Notes: generated by a model not told the origin, from the sequence alone. DNA of 64,000 nucleotides from Balanoglossus misakiensis (GCA_040954595.2 CM082576.2:10295129-10359128); one strand, 5' to 3'. Positions 12,601 through 27,162 are shown, numbered from the stretch's first letter. Translations and numbers: made by a program.

Positions 12601-15600
12601 ACCTGACAAACTTATGTACATGTATAAAATGTTGTGCTGATGATCTATACTGTTACATGTAGCAAATTGTGTGTCCATGATGTTTGTTTGTGTGTGTATA
12701 TGAGTGTGGACATGACTCATGTTCTGAACGTCACTGCAATCGGTACATAAGTGGTTCAATGAATGGATATGACGTCAAGCACAATCTGAAGAAAGTCTTC
12801 ACACTCAAAACTTTCTTCTTTATAAAACGTGTTATTCTCACAACGTGGTACAACTTCAGTAAACTATATGTGCCTGTATCTCATTTGCATAATGACACAT
12901 TCAAATTCTATACATAGAGCCTGTTAAAATAGATCTACATGTACTGATGTCTGTATACAGGCGAGGTCTGAGGGTGTGGATTGTAACACGGAAGAGAAAC
13001 ACCCAAACTATCATCACAATTCATTTCCTTGAAGTCTGTCAGATGCTCAGTAAAAGTCAACCTCATTTCGCTAGATTATTTTTCAAACTAAAGTGCCCTA
13101 TACGTACACTTTGGACTTTAGTCTTTTACTTGTTTTCTGTCAACAAACACAACTGTCAAATTTGACACCACAACAAAGAACTCCTAATCTGCTGCATGGA
13201 CATCTTTTAACACCTGTCAATCTCAATTTACATTGACAATCACATGACTATTTGTAAATTGTAGTACATGTAATACCCAAAATTATTTAAACAAAGCTAC
13301 TTTAACTTGATATTTCTACTATGGGAATTTTAAGGACCACTAGCTTTAAACACTTCACGCCAATTTTCAGTGACACACACAACTCTTCATTGTAGACTAT
13401 GTATGGAGTCGTGACTCTCAAATTACTGGTAGTTCAACAAAATTACAGCTACCTCCCCTTTAATTAAAAACTCAGGTTTCCCAATTAGATGTGACATCCA
13501 GCTTTCTGAGAAATTAATTTTTACTATGACATCACTACGCATCCTTAGTATATCACGACTACCTCCAAATTAGATTATACACACCACTAATTTCTTTCCA
13601 AGGTGCATCACCTTACTGAACTGAATATACATGTATAAGTATTAAATACAGATCTGATTTGGTCAGCTTGAGTTCTGAACAAAGAAAGTCTGTACATTGT
13701 AAATTCCACGTAAGGAAAATAATCTGGCAAACGGCCCAGTCAGCTGTTAGGATTACATTGTACAACATGCTTGGCTACGTCACTGAAACAATACGTGATG
13801 AGTGGAAATTTGACTGGACAAAGGGAACACAAAACCCAGTGTATGGAAAGCAGCATCCTGAAATGCGTTGATGCATGCATTGCACGCATTGTTTCATTCC
13901 AGAGTACATCTATTTAATTATTAGAAATTACATGTGCATAAATAATATGTAAATAAAACCACAGCCTGCAAAATATCATTATTATAATTAATGAAGAAAA
14001 ATTTAGGCTAACAATTTTGGCTTCCCACCACGCATCCATTCTGACCTCGCCAATAAACGAGACCACCAACTGCCAATATCCAAAATAGGGTAGAGCGGAC
14101 TTTCCCCCCTTCCTATGAAACCATATGTGGATTTAATTAAACCTCCACCTTTTTTCAACAAATCAGCCATTGTATCCCCTTTTTCCTGTCACCATCTGAC
14201 TGTCCATCAAGCGCTCGACTCGGTCGCACTGTTTTCACCGCCGAGTACGGCTTCTACAGCAAAAACCACGGGGCATATTTGGTGAATGTGTCACATTTAC
14301 AGGTTGACAGAAAGGCTCTGTTATTCCAAGAGGACAAATCCCTCAAGCGGGGACGGCTATCGGAAGTCGACATATTTACACGCCGCAGTGAAAAAAAGGG
14401 CTTATCCGCCAGCTGTCGTACTCAAAAGCCAAAACATCCTGACCATGCAGGCATGCAAGCACATGCTGCAATGCAGCCAAAATATTTAAAATTTACAAAT
14501 GTTTTCCTCCACACACTTAATTCCACCAATAATGGTGGTCTCACACTCGCCAGGGGATAATATAATGTGTATGTATCTTCAAAAATAGAAGCCCCACAGA
14601 TACTACTCTTAGTTTTTGTTTATTTAATGCATATACGTTCTGACCAGTGATATTAACATTAACACCCAGGGCTTATATCTGGCGCAAAGCTTAATTCTTT
14701 TGTGTGGGTACCATACATGTACAGACTTATTAAATGTATGACAACCAAGGTCACAGTGTTGAAAAAAATATTGCACATAAAAAGAAACAATTCATATGTA
14801 AATTGAATGTTCTTCACAACTTGCACATAAACCAGTTTGATGGACAACCCAAACAGATTGATGCCACAAAGGAAATGTACAAGTTTGCGGATTTGTAATA
14901 CACGTTCAAAACAAAACAGACGGCTCACACATGGCAGAGTTTTCTTAAAGCTCTGTTTCAGTCATATGTACTAGTATATCAAGTGAGTCATTTGCCATGC
15001 AGAGTTATACTCATGAATTACCATCATCATCATCATCATCATCATCACCATCATCATCAGAGCTAACAAAATAATAAAAATAAATAAAACAATACATGAA
15101 AACATGACAGAACAGTAGTGTTGGTTTTTTGTTCAGCAAATCTGCAAAAATCTGTATTATCTTTTCTGCCCACAATGCTAGAACCTTCCGCCTACTCAAA
15201 AAATTAAAAGACACATGATCAGCACTTTTATACCACACAAAAAGATGTGCGCATCCTGTTTTAATACCACAGCAATTCTGACTATTGATAAACAATGACA
15301 GCATCGGTGGGACTTCCCATGACTGCTGAACATTTTGAATGACTGAAACTCCCACGGCAGAATGGCAGTCATTTTTAAGCGGTCAAAATCATCTGGTGTC
15401 AATGACCTCAGTGTAAGTGATGGTGGCATAAAATCACCAAGGTCACTCTCAACTTGTCTAGTGCTGACAATTATTGAATGACAAACTGATTTCCGTTTTA
15501 CAGTCTGTTTTCTTGGATTTGCCAAAAAAAAGTTACGTATTTTTTTGGCAGGAAAGGGCAGACTGGATGCTAACCTTCTTCCTCCTTTGAAATACGGGAT

Positions 15601-18600
15601 TTCAGTCTGAGAACAACTTTTCGAATGATTCAGTCAGAGTGAATTTTTGAAATGTGAGAGTTAAAACCAGAAGCGGCTAAGTGCTGACTGGTATTAACAA
15701 ATGCTTTTTGACAAGTTCAAAGGGGTCAAACTAAGCACACAAAAGAGTCAAACATCAGCCACCACCATCACATACACTGATACAGGTCAAAAAGTGCCAC
15801 GACACTTCCTGTACGATAATGCATGTGTGGCACAAGCACTGCTGTGTAAATGTATATGCACTTGTCACTAAGTCGGGTCATCACCAACAGATAAAACCAG
15901 CAAATTGATAAAATTTATCTTCGTGTTTACATTTATTCACGAGTCACAGGAGAAAAATAAGACTACATACACAATGTAAGTATTGAGAACACAGAAACAA
16001 ACAAAACGGCCAGCATTTTGGCAGACATTTCATTTCTCGTTTAACCCCCAAAAGTGCACCAGAAATTGTTGTGACTGACTACAGCTTGTTTTTCGGAAAA
16101 AATTCTGAGAGTTCTGAATGGGGTCAAAGGGCGACAGTGTCCCAGCACTTATGTAGTAAAATAGGCACCTGTCACACTGTTGTGTGTGCATTGAAAGTCG
16201 CTTTAAAGATAAAAACAAAGATGGCAGTTAGATTGTGAAACAAGAAAATACATCTATCTTTTTTATGAAGGAACATGACCACACTGTTTAAATTGAACTG
16301 AGTGAGTGAACATATTTTCCACACATATACATACATGTACATGTATAGATTAAATTTGTTTCTTGCTATTGACAAATGAACATATCAGGCTTATATTTTG
16401 AAATAATAATATTTCAAATCGTAATCATTTGTAAAATTAAAATTTTTCAGATTGGCCATAACTATTGTTTTACCAGCAAAGATAGAAGGATTGAATTGAT
16501 ATTGCAAGCAGCTACAACATTTGTGCTGGTAGTCTAGAACTTGTGACATTTTAAAAATTACAACGTACTGTGTCAATTAAAATAGCATGCTAAGTTAACC
16601 CTTTCATCACCAATCTCCCAGTAGAGGCATTGAAAGGGTTAAAACATGTCTAAAACTACTAGTATTTTTTTTTCAAGGTGTTTTCATCAAAGCCCACAAA
16701 GAAGTACTGTAAATGGATGTATTGACAACAGTGCTTTGTGGGCCAAACCCACCTAGTTAACAAGTACCAATATTATCATATTACAATACCTAATGGCAAT
16801 TTGATTTGATTAATCTCATCAATATACATAACATATATGTACACGTTGCAAAATAGATCAATCGGTTTTTAAATCTCTTCCAGCATTTTTGATTTTCTCC
16901 CAACAATATGCTACTACAGATCATGTTATCAACATTTGTGGTGCAAATGTGTGTCTGTAGGAGACGGCATGAGAAGATTCCTCAAAATCTTGCACTTCTG
17001 CAGTGTTGCTAGCCCGCCTTGCATTGTATTACTTTTACATTTCCTCTTTTCTCAGAAATGATGAAATCCAAATGTCATCAGGACACTCGGGGCTCTGTTC
17101 GCAATCTAGAAACATGAATTTTGGAAAATACATTCTGGAGGCAGTATGTTTTATATCAGTGTTGTTGGTAATGGTGTTCCCATCTTGCTAAATCCTGCAG
17201 ATTTGATTGTTGTCAAAGCAAGATGCTGCTATCATACTGTCCAGAGGCACATTTCAAGATACAAAAGTAATGTCCTCGCACAGACATCATCTGCAGATTC
17301 GGTTGTTATCAAAGCACTGCTATAATAAAGCTGTCTAGCGGCGTAGGTACACAAGGATACACGTATACAGTAAAGTCGGCAGAATTACAAAAGTAGGCGG
17401 TCGAATACAGGGGAGCCTAGTGATGACATATGGAAAGGGATTGCAAGAGAAGTGTCCCATTTCGAGGAAAGTAGCCCGTTTTTTATTGCCAATCATGTAC
17501 CAGCTCTTATCTTCATGTACATTGCTGGTCCCCAGGTAGATTAATATCATGTCATCTAATATGAATGGAAAATTAAATATGTCACAACATTGTCATCTTT
17601 ACCCTTAACCCTTTCACCACCATGGTTCAGTCCAAACCCAATGTTTTCCATAGTAAGGTTGTACTTCTACATGCTGCCATTTCCATCTGCAGGCATCGCA
17701 GTTGAAACATAGCAATGCCCCAGAAATCTGAGTACACCAAACGCAAAACCTGTCTCAACTGTACACCTTTCCTTGTCATCTTCGCAAGACACATTGAGGG
17801 AACTCCACAGACCAAACAACTATGTGATTCTCTTTCTGTTTAGCATCCAATTTTAAAAGACAGCTTTAGAATAGATGCACATATCTATTTCAACAAGTAG
17901 TACATGTGGGCATGGCAGAGGGCAGCATCAGAACATTTAGCACATCCAAAGGGCAAAACGACAAAAAATAACCTTTCAATCCAAATAAAATGTCAAAAGA
18001 CAGGAATTTTAAGTCCATTCATTCATGCACAGACTATTCATTCTGGCAAGTCACTCTCAGAGACCTCGTCTTGTTGGGAGTTGTCTGAAATCAGATACAC
18101 CCCCACCAATGTATACAATCACAGAGATGACTTACAGCAAAACTCTATTTTCAGAAAGATGTTGTATCAACTGTTTAACACAAGCAGCGTATACAATGCA
18201 GTGTATTTCCTTTCATAATCTGCCGCACACAGAGAAACGTCTTGAAAAATTAATTTACCAAAATTACTATGGCACATACACAATGTAACACTCTTTTTCA
18301 CAGGCCATTCCATATTTCTGGCTTGTGGCGAGACTTCACATTTGGATTCGCAGTTCACATCTATACTTTCAATTTTCATGTTTTCATATTAAAATATCAC
18401 CCGAAAGTCCATCTTTACAGTAATATAAACAGCTTTTCCATACAGTACAATACATGTACACGCAATACTACAATAGATTACATGCATGACTAAACGTATT
18501 TTACAAGCAAGCAATTATTTCGCTTTTACCAAGGAATATGGGGGCGTACAATATACATGTACTTTTGTATAAAGTTGCACTTTCACATTTGGAATATGTG

Positions 18601-20681
18601 CTTTTATCATAGTTCTGCAGCTGGTGTCACCTGGGGTGGTTGATCAAATAACCATGGTTATTTTCTTCTGTGTCAAATGTTGAACTTGGTTCATTAATTA
18701 TCTCTAAACACAACCCCAGCTGTTGTCTATCCAAGGTCAATGTAAAATCGTTATAGAGTTCAGGTCTTATAGACATGTATTCTCTTTTTCTTTTTTCCCC
18801 GATGAAATGGCAGACGAAATGGCATAAACACTCCAAAGAATTCCTACTTCCTGTTGGGACACTCATAAAAAGGTCCTCCCTGCTGACAATCCACATCAAC
18901 TGACCTTAGGACAACGATTATCCTCCTGAGGGCAGACAATTTTTTTATGAATGTGTCTGTTTGCAATGTGACCTTTAATTCCATTGGCTGAAACTGCTTT
19001 GGCACCCATTTAAAATAAACCTCTTTCACCATGTTTCTATATTTTCAAATAAAGGGCGTACATGTAACTGGGGTTGGATGTCAAGAAAAGTCAACTGAAA
19101 CGCGGCCGTCTCCAAGTCCTATTTACTATGGGGTCATCGTCATCACCAAGGAATGAAGTGTTTAATTAACTGGGAATGGGGATATGGGGATTGGTCTCTT
19201 CTTGAAATACATGTACATTTACTTGTATCCAATCTGATTAAAATCAGATGTGGGGTTGGCTCAATCTTTACCCTTGCTTTTATACAGCCAAGAACATAAA
19301 TGTAACAGCCAAGTATCAGCAAAGGTGAAGATCCAGCCAACCCTACATCAGATTGACTTGTATCCATATCACTTAAACTATGATCCTTACACAAATACAC
19401 CACAATACATCTGGATTATAAATACGTATTGATATATGGACTAGCAACATGAATGGTTTGTTTGTTTTCATTAGAGGGGCAGTGCGTGGTGATTATTTTA
19501 TTGATGCCAGTACTTTTGAAAGAGTGGCCAACTACAGTTACCTTTTATTAAGCCTAGCTATTGGCTTGTCAACATAATCTGTGTACATATACCATAGGTG
19601 ATAAATGAATTCAATTCCTAATCCCGAATTCAAATTGTCAACATTATATGTTGAAGTTACATGCAAGTATAGACTGTGGAAAGTTTCTTTTCTACTGTCT
19701 ATGGTAAGTGCACATCAGATGTTTCAGGCAGGGTAAATATTGTATGTGTTTGTAAATCAGTCAAGACAGTCACTGAGACTGTGTCAAAAGTTAGATACTT
19801 TGTCTCATTAACAGGATTTAAAGAAAAAGTGGCTAAGGCTGGGTTATAAGCTTCATGCTAATGATATTATGCTGTCTGGGCTTCAGGGAATAACACAGCT
19901 GATAAGATTAAGACTGGTTTGAACAAGAAACCATTGGTACATGTATAAACTGCATACATGGTATGCAATGCTATTAAGGTCAAGGCAGGCAGGAAATCAG
20001 TCAACGTCCATTGCAGACAGCTCTCCCTTTTCTGCTTTTGAGCCTTTTCACATCACTTATTTGGGGCCTTTCAGTGACTGAAGCAGATGGGAATGCTTAG
20101 TGAGAATGGGTGTGCCAAAACAACATTCCCTCTGTCTGCAGTGTTTGGGAATGGGAGTGACCTGCGTGACATGGCTACGAGGAAACACCCAGTGTTTGAC
20201 CCAGAACGGTTTAAAATGGCTGATAATTTCCTGGCAAAAAAAATCACACAGTTGCAGACTAAATTCTGCCTGACGTTGGTTCAACGCCCGTGTCCATGTA
20301 ATTGCTGCGTAAAATTATTAGTGTATCCGTGAAGCCATTATGAAAATCAAGCAACGCATTATACGACTGACTCCATAATGCCTTCCACAGAAAATAAACA
20401 AACACGTACATTCCCCCGAACTGTTGTGGGTCCCCCCCCCCCCCACGATAAATTTCACTGCACCCATACTCACCGGCGTCGTTGGCTTGTTGTTCTAGCA
20501 ATTTCAGTTCCTGTGAATCGGAAACTGTTTGTTCCAGGACGAAGGAGAGAAACCTGGCCTGCGTCGCTGACAGGCGGTTCAACAACGAGTACAGGGCCAC
20601 AGTCTGTTCACAATCCGACCACTCTTTGAAACAGATTGACAACGACCGCACTTGGTCGCGAAAGGCAGTGGACGGTTTCAT
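3658..20681 (-). CDS. SAMD4: Smaug / SAMD4 family SAM-domain RNA-binding translational repressor, complete, 10 coding exons, 747 aa
   Basis: Exons (minus): 20474-20681, 8330-8920, 7761-8012, 7363-7472, 6911-6997, 6462-6795, 5125-5320, 4670-4913, 4201-4387, 3658-3692. All introns are GT-AG and phases join (2244 nt incl. TAA). Diagnostic Smaug motifs: N-terminal [19 protein letters not shown]; LL.HLPLL.PGN and [14 protein letters not shown]; SAM domain [27 protein letters not shown]...[14 protein letters not shown]; [20 protein letters not shown]; C-terminal [24 protein letters not shown]. Confidence 0.96.
5669..6282. mobile_element. Non-autonomous Tc1/mariner(pogo)-like DNA transposon (MITE) in Smaug intron 6
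   Basis: TIRs CCGTAGTTGTCCGGGTAAGAACCCC / GGGGCTCTTACCCGGGCAACTACGG, flanked by TA on both sides (5667-68 and 6283-84). The GC-rich interior contrasts with the host intron. Confidence 0.85.
15022..15059. repeat. (CAT)n microsatellite
   Basis: About 12 CAT/CAC units. Confidence 0.85.
16595..16642. mobile_element. 48-bp piggyBac-like mini element
   Basis: TTAA-CCCTTTCA ... TGAAAGGG-TTAA. A second left end TTAACCCTTTCACC lies near 17605. Confidence 0.5.
19230..19355. mobile_element. CAATCTGATT-terminated hairpin MITE, copy 1 (Smaug intron 1)
   Basis: Termini CAATCTGATTAAAATCAGATGTGGGGTTGGCT ... AGCCAACCCTACATCAGATTG. Perfect 9-bp TSD ACTTGTATC. Confidence 0.75.
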
Positions 20682-21980
20682 CGTCGATCTCCGCTAGTTC
20701 CACCGTCTGGACGATGGAGGAAGCGGCCCTTCAAGCCGGAAACCGACAGCACAACCGCGCAGTAGGGCGGTTTTCAAGAAAATATATGTGCGACTCGGCA
20801 GTGTTTGTTATTGTTTTGAATGACTATTCTTCCTTTAGTATACTCCTATTCGACCGAGAATTTCAAAACAATGCCACATTCAGCGAGAATTTCATGAGTA
20901 AATATCACTACTGTGTCTTAAATTAGCGCAAATAAATGTACAAATACACCGATGCGTCGAAAGCGCTATAGAAGCGAGTTGTTTTTAACGAAAAAGCTCG
21001 ACGAAAACAAGATAATTACATGTGCCTGTATCAGAGCGCCTCTGCGGAGTTTTCGATACTGACTGTCTGCGCTATAAATAGATCACTTCAGCTCTTCCTT
21101 GTTTGTGAGAAAGGAAATTTCTCAGCGACGACTCTTCCTTTCCCAACTTATCCATACGAGAAGGACTTGACTTCCTGTGATGAAGATTTCAGGTGTTGCT
21201 TTCGGCGAGTAATACCTCGAAGACGACGACGACAACAACTGCTAGTACATCGCCAACGTATCATGAGGTACCCACTTAGCGTGACTGATGAATCACAGGC
21301 ATATTACAATGACGATGTGACGCGCGCGTGTTGTGTGTGGGAGAACCCGATGGTTGTTTGGCGAGACGCACGAAGCAAATTTAACCGAATTCTCCGGCTA
21401 CAAGTATCACCACATTCTTGCTCCGCCGTTTCGGGATATCTTATCGTCAAGTATGCGCCCGAGTTCCCGTCAGTAAATGACACACAACGAGATGAATACC
21501 CTTGCTCCACGATGTGTGTGGTTTTGTCAACGCTCTCCCTCCAGACCACGTTTATGATAATATAATCGGCCTACGTCATTCAAAGTTCAGTTCGATTGGA
21601 AACGCGTTCCGATCGGCGGGGTCATTCGGGTGTCCCATTCATCGAAAAGATAAAGCGCGGGTTTTCCTGGTAGTCGCTGTGTTCAGTTAGCGGGTAATAA
21701 GCTAGTGGTCAACGCAATAACTTTTGATTTCTCGCGGCTCCAAAAGTCAATTTCTTTTTGACACTTGAACGAGCTTGAAACTTGTCAAAATGTAACAAAA
21801 GTGAGATCCGAACGTACGCGCGCGTCCGCCCGTAAATTGCTTGCTCATCATTTTCCCAATTTCGCAAAAAAGAATTAAAGTGCAGTACACGTGAAAGTAA
21901 AACAAAACAACCGGATCTTTCCAATTCTAAAACAGTCATGAAATATTTTCCGCATTGATGGTCAACCCGGAAGATTGGGC
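20682..21980 (-). promoter_or_regulatory. CpG-rich 5' UTR/promoter region of Smaug
   Basis: Sharp rise in CpG density relative to the flanks, immediately upstream of the ATG. The TSS cannot be placed. Confidence 0.4.
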
Positions 21981-23202
21981 CACTGTGTTTGTTTTTCTTT
22001 GTAAAGTTGAGGCAATATTATGACAAATGCTGACAGGATGAAGTTAAAAGTAGTACCATATTACTAGTAAAGTATCCCATTTTAAATGGTATATCCGTGC
22101 CAGGTTATAAATATAAACCCTTATTAATTAAGAAAATCCAATCATATGGGAAATCTGTGTGTGTGTGCAATAACTGCATCAATGAGCAAAATCTTGGTGT
22201 TTTATCAATTAAAATGCATCAGAAAAGTAAACCAGGATTTTATACCAGTGAATGAAAGAATTTTTGGGAGGTGTGATACTGATAGTAATAAAATAGATGA
22301 CTAGTTTCATTTTCTATTCTTTTGTATGTGTGAAAGAACTGTACTACTTCAGGGGGTTTGCAACAATCTTTCCATTATCTTCTGCTATCTCACATAAGGA
22401 AGCCAGCATGTCATGTATTTTTAAAAGGTGATGAATGTCAATCCTAGCCTCAAAAACTTGCAATCTTCTTGAAAAATACAGGTTTATGCTGAAGCCTCAA
22501 GGAACTCCAACCGATATGGAAATAAAAGCTTTGTTTTTTCATAGACCCTGAAGTGTCTGTGTTTTTTTTTATATCATACAGGATCATAAAGTTTTGCGCG
22601 GATTGAGACTTACCCAACCAAATAACGCCCTCTATGGGCAAACTAGGTGCTTATTGGTTCTGGTACATTTGTACATGTAGTATGGTATGACCACCCAGAC
22701 TCCAGGGTGCATTCAATTAACGTTCCCTTGGACACCCAGTGTGGTACACAGGGAAGTAAATTGAGTGGGTAGGTCTTCAGCAAATATTTATAAAAGGAAA
22801 TACGCATATATTTTTATGAATCAAAATACATTTCCAAACCCCCAACTCATTATATGTCCATTAGCAGTTCAAGTAAAAAGGTCATGAAGTCCTATATATG
22901 CTAGTTGGCCACCTCGAGACATAATTTGGTCCGCCATCTGAGAATACTTAACAGCTTCCTTAAGTAAGGTTTCAGTGGTTTGCTACAGAAAGCACCAGAA
23001 TAGTCGAATGTCAAAGTTGGAGAGTTCCCTTATTACCATGGTTACTGTCTAATTCGCTTGCATTACTTTTTAAAGATGAAAATATGAATGAGTGGGAGCT
23101 ATTGGGACTGTGCTACAACAGAAATTGTGTCGTCAATGAATATTTTCAATGGGAAATACGGACACAACTTTTATGATAACTGGGTCCTCTGTACGTCAGC
23201 TC

Positions 23203-23637
23203 TAGCCCGGAGACACAGGCGTAGTAGGGGAAAAGGAACGCCCGGGGACAGTCTCTATTTACGCACCGAATTCTGTGCGGAGAACGACACGGGTGGTAAA
23301 TCTTGTGTGTAAGCTAATTGGTCACTTAAATGTAACAATGTGTAAACCAAATGACATCATCGCATTCTAAATAAGGAAATAGAGGTGGAGTCATGAGTGA
23401 AATTCCCGCAACGGGGTGTGGGAGTGGTTTTGAAGGTGTATGAATATTCATAACCAAGCTTTGTTAATTATATCATCCAACCACTGGCGCCCGTCAACAT
23501 TTGATAGATCACTCGTTATCCATTCGTTACTAAGCGACCCTGATCGTTGCCAGGGCTACTATCTTTCAGCTCAGCAGGAAATTTCTCTACTGTCCCCGGG
23601 CGTTGTATTCTAGATCGACGCCTGTGTCTCCGGGCTA
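23203..23637. mobile_element. Non-autonomous AcademH-like DNA transposon (435 bp)
   Basis: TAG...CTA termini. Perfect TIR TAGCCCGGAGACACAGGCGT plus a subterminal IR AACGCCCGGGGACAGT. Perfect 9-bp TSD CGTCAGCTC (23194-23202 and 23638-23646). The superfamily is inferred from termini and TSD length. Confidence 0.85.
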
Positions 23638-25269
23638 CGTCAGCTCACACTGTCCCTCTATGGCAGGTTTTAAAACACCTTTTGTTTTGAGTTCATATGT
23701 ATACCTTTTTAAAGCCCCAGTAGCTGTCTGAGGGGTTTTTGTGAGACATGAATTTATCAATAAAGTTTCATTTACATATATTTTATCATACCAGTTTCAA
23801 CAGTCAGAGTATGCCAACATTTTCATTTTCATCATATAATGAATTTAGAGATTTTTCTAAATGACTCACCTCCTTATCTCCATTTGGTGTCAAATGATAT
23901 AAACCATGCTTCAGAAAGCTTTCTCCTCATACATAATCAATAGTCTTGTAGCAAGTCTGAACGAAGCGGTCATTCAACCTCCAAGGTCGGCCATGCATCA
24001 CACCTTGAACGCTCCCCCGGTCATAAATTATCTTTGATTCATTATTACTTTGAAATGTATTGTAAACTACTGGTGGGTGGATATAATGCTCTAAAATACA
24101 TTTCTTCTTATGATTCATGCAAGTCTACTATTCACAGAACATTTTACCTTCAGCCTGTAGTAGGGAAGAGGATTAAATGAGTATGTATTGGGGAGATCCA
24201 GTTCAAATTGTGTTTCTGGAAAAAACGTGGAGAAATATATGGTGTTAGAAAGATCTTTCAGGCTCTCATTATATGTGAATCATACCCTAATTAAATGATT
24301 TATAACAGAGCAAATAAATTTAAGCTATGACAACTACAGTTCCGATGTTACTAATTTAACCCTTGACCTTTTTAAAATCAGTGCATTATACTTGTGTACG
24401 TCAAGTCTCGCGAAATTTATGACATCAAGGTCCTTTCATAATCAACTATAGTTTGCATTTCTTGAGTGATAATAGTTTTATGTGACCGTTTATGATGCTC
24501 AGACCTTGAAAGCTACCTTGTAACCATTAGGCACACATTTATTTTTTAATCATTCAAGCATGTGGACGGTTGAACCCATATTAAAGAACTATTAACTACA
24601 AGCTTTTGTTTGCAAGAGTTTGTGAGTTTTTTTACTATTCTAACAAACCTGCTTTGTCAAATCAGGACCACTTTTTTTAAAGTAGCTGTGCATGCATGGT
24701 TGTATAGCTGAAACTGTTGGCATATTGTTTCTTTCATTCAAGATTGATTCATGTTTATGAACATAAACATCGAAAGCAGATGTAAAGTAAATCCTGGACA
24801 ACCTAAATGTTAGAGCAGTCATTTTGAAACTCTGGTTTTTTGGTTCCAGTGAACCTAAGTGCACATAAGGAGGCCCTCTGTGGCCTCTTCAGTGCTATGT
24901 TCTTAATGTTCACTGATATAAATGTCTCCGTGTTGGTGAGCATTAACCACTACTGGTAGCAATTCTTTTCATGACATTCATATCACAAAGACATTATTTG
25001 ACTACAGAATATTGATGTTTTGATACTGCATGTATGTGCACGTATATTATGAAAACAAAAGCAACCAATAATTACTGATGCTATGTTGGGGGCGCACACA
25101 CTGTAGATATTACTTTGACTTGGCTGTACATGGCTTTATGGTATTATAATAACAATAACCAAAATAAAATAGAATAATAACGTGGTGAAAACCACATCTG
25201 TTCTTATTAATCTATTCTGGCTGTGTATCTGTTCATGTTGATGATTTTAATCTGTCCTACATTCTGGGC

Positions 25270-25460
25270 AGACCTTAGATCAAAAGATGCATGACTTTTT
25301 CTTTACTGCGTGTGGTAAATTCAACAGTCAAAGCATATCGCCGGACATCCTTTTCATATTCCATAAATTCCTTGTGGAACATTTTGCCAACAGAAGTTTT
25401 TACAGAACATGCAATTTACATGATTACAACTGCAAAAGTGTTTAAATGTGGCTTTACCTA
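25270..25460 (+). mobile_element. Decayed 3' fragment of a CR1/L2-type LINE ORF2
   Basis: The translation KAYRRTSFSYSINSLWNILPTEVF resembles the SF.Y....LWN.LP motif at the C-terminus of CR1/L2-clade reverse transcriptases. Confidence 0.35.
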
Positions 25461-26851
25461 TGTTCAATCCAGTTTTTCCCTTTTTTTTGCAATTTTACGA
25501 GTTACAATGCACCACCATTTTCACTCTCACCACGTTCACATTTACTCTGCATATAAGATCATTATTCATTTAATTCTTAAGACTGAATACGATTTAAAGA
25601 GATTAAATATTTTTGAAGTAATATATTTGTCACTTCCATTCAAAACTCATGAGGTATGAACTTAATATCAAGTAACGCCTATTCAAATATCATTGCTCAT
25701 GAGTCACCAGGGGGTCGACTAAACCATCTTTCCCACGGATTTTCAAACAAACTAACCAGTGGTTTAAAGCTCCAATAACTCTAACTTCAGGCCATTTTCT
25801 CAGTATTTTTGTTTCGGGTATCAACTGTGGCTTCTTGTTCTACTCTGTTCAACATAAAAAATTGCTCAGCATTTTGTGGCAGCCATATTTGATGACATCA
25901 GCATTTGAGAAGACTTGCCTGTGGTCCAAAGTCAGTACCGAGTAAAAGAAAATAATTACGTCTAAAATTGCTTTTGATATCACACCTTTGTATTAATAGA
26001 AATGCATGAAAAATATACAGCCAATGGGACTTCAATGACACCACAAGGGCAAATGTAAAATTGTTATGCCAGGTTAATTTATAGACGTTAAAATTTTGTG
26101 CAATTTATTTTTAGACTTCATTAGTGAAACGACTATAGTTACCAGTAACTTTTTAGCAGTTCACTAGCTGCTATGCTGGAAAGGCAACCCTTACTTTATT
26201 TTCTGCTCTACTTTAATATCAAGCACTTACTATCCGTCCAATCGAACCACATATTTTGTAAAAAAAAAATGTATATATGGATGCCTGTTGATTATGACTT
26301 GACAGGTGGCTGTCAATTGATCATCCCTATACACACACACCTTTATTTGCATGTAGCTACATGTACAGATTGACTGGGCAGCTTGAAAGCCCAAGGGGAA
26401 GAATTCGTCCAGAATTCGAATTGAAGGCGAGAAAGGACTCAATTCTGTGCGTAGTGACATACACAACACATAATCCTTATACGGACATGAGTGGGTAGGG
26501 GTGGGAGGGGTATATACTTACAGAAGAAAAAAAATGTAACGTAGTACATTACACGCTGTGCCAATGCGCCAAAGCCATGTATCAGAGAAGCACTGTCACA
26601 TTGTGCAGGCGTCTCGGTATCACTGTCACCCCTGTTTGGGTGGGCAGGGGGAGTGACCTAAATTGATCGAATTTCACTTTTTGAACGGGTGACAATCTGA
26701 GATGCATGCGTTGCTGTTGCATACCACCATTTTGTGACTTGGTAATTTGATCTCCAGTTCTTTGCACTCACAGAATACGTCTGCTATAAGGTCTGAGCAT
26801 AATTCACTTTATTCTTCCAACTATTAATAGGGTTGCACAGTCCTCAGAAAC

Positions 26852-27162
26852 GCCCCATGAGCTGCCACTTTTAGCATATTTTTAACCATATAAAATACTT
26901 AAATCTTCTCCTTTTCTTTAAGCTAATGAAGACCCCATTTTGAATTTGTGAAGATTCCCTAACATGTATATGCCCATACCATATGATAGTTATCTACTCT
27001 TACATCAGACTGGATGAATAGGTGTGGCTTGCATTTATTAACTAACTTTAAGTCACAATCAAAGTTTGATAAATACTTTTGTGTATACCTATCAGTAAGT
27101 TTCCAAGTTTGAAAGAGAAGTGATGAAAATAATGCAAAAAATTGGCAGCTCATGGGCCTTTA
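26852..27162. mobile_element. Kolobok-like MITE, same family as 27845-28131
   Basis: Inverted ends CCCATGAGCTGCCA / TGGCAGCTCATGGG. Shares AAAATAATGCAAAAA.TGGCAGCT with the other copies. Confidence 0.55.

Noticed and set aside
21020-21565. 181-aa plus-strand ORF divergent from Smaug
   Set aside because: It has no domain resemblance or splice structure and lies in a CpG-rich promoter region where chance ORFs are common.
26670-26780. Possible minus-strand exon reading DVFCECKELEIKLPSHKMVVCNSNACISDCHPFKK* (vaguely PHD-finger-like)
   Set aside because: The Cys/His pattern is incomplete, the stop comes immediately, and I found no partner exons.
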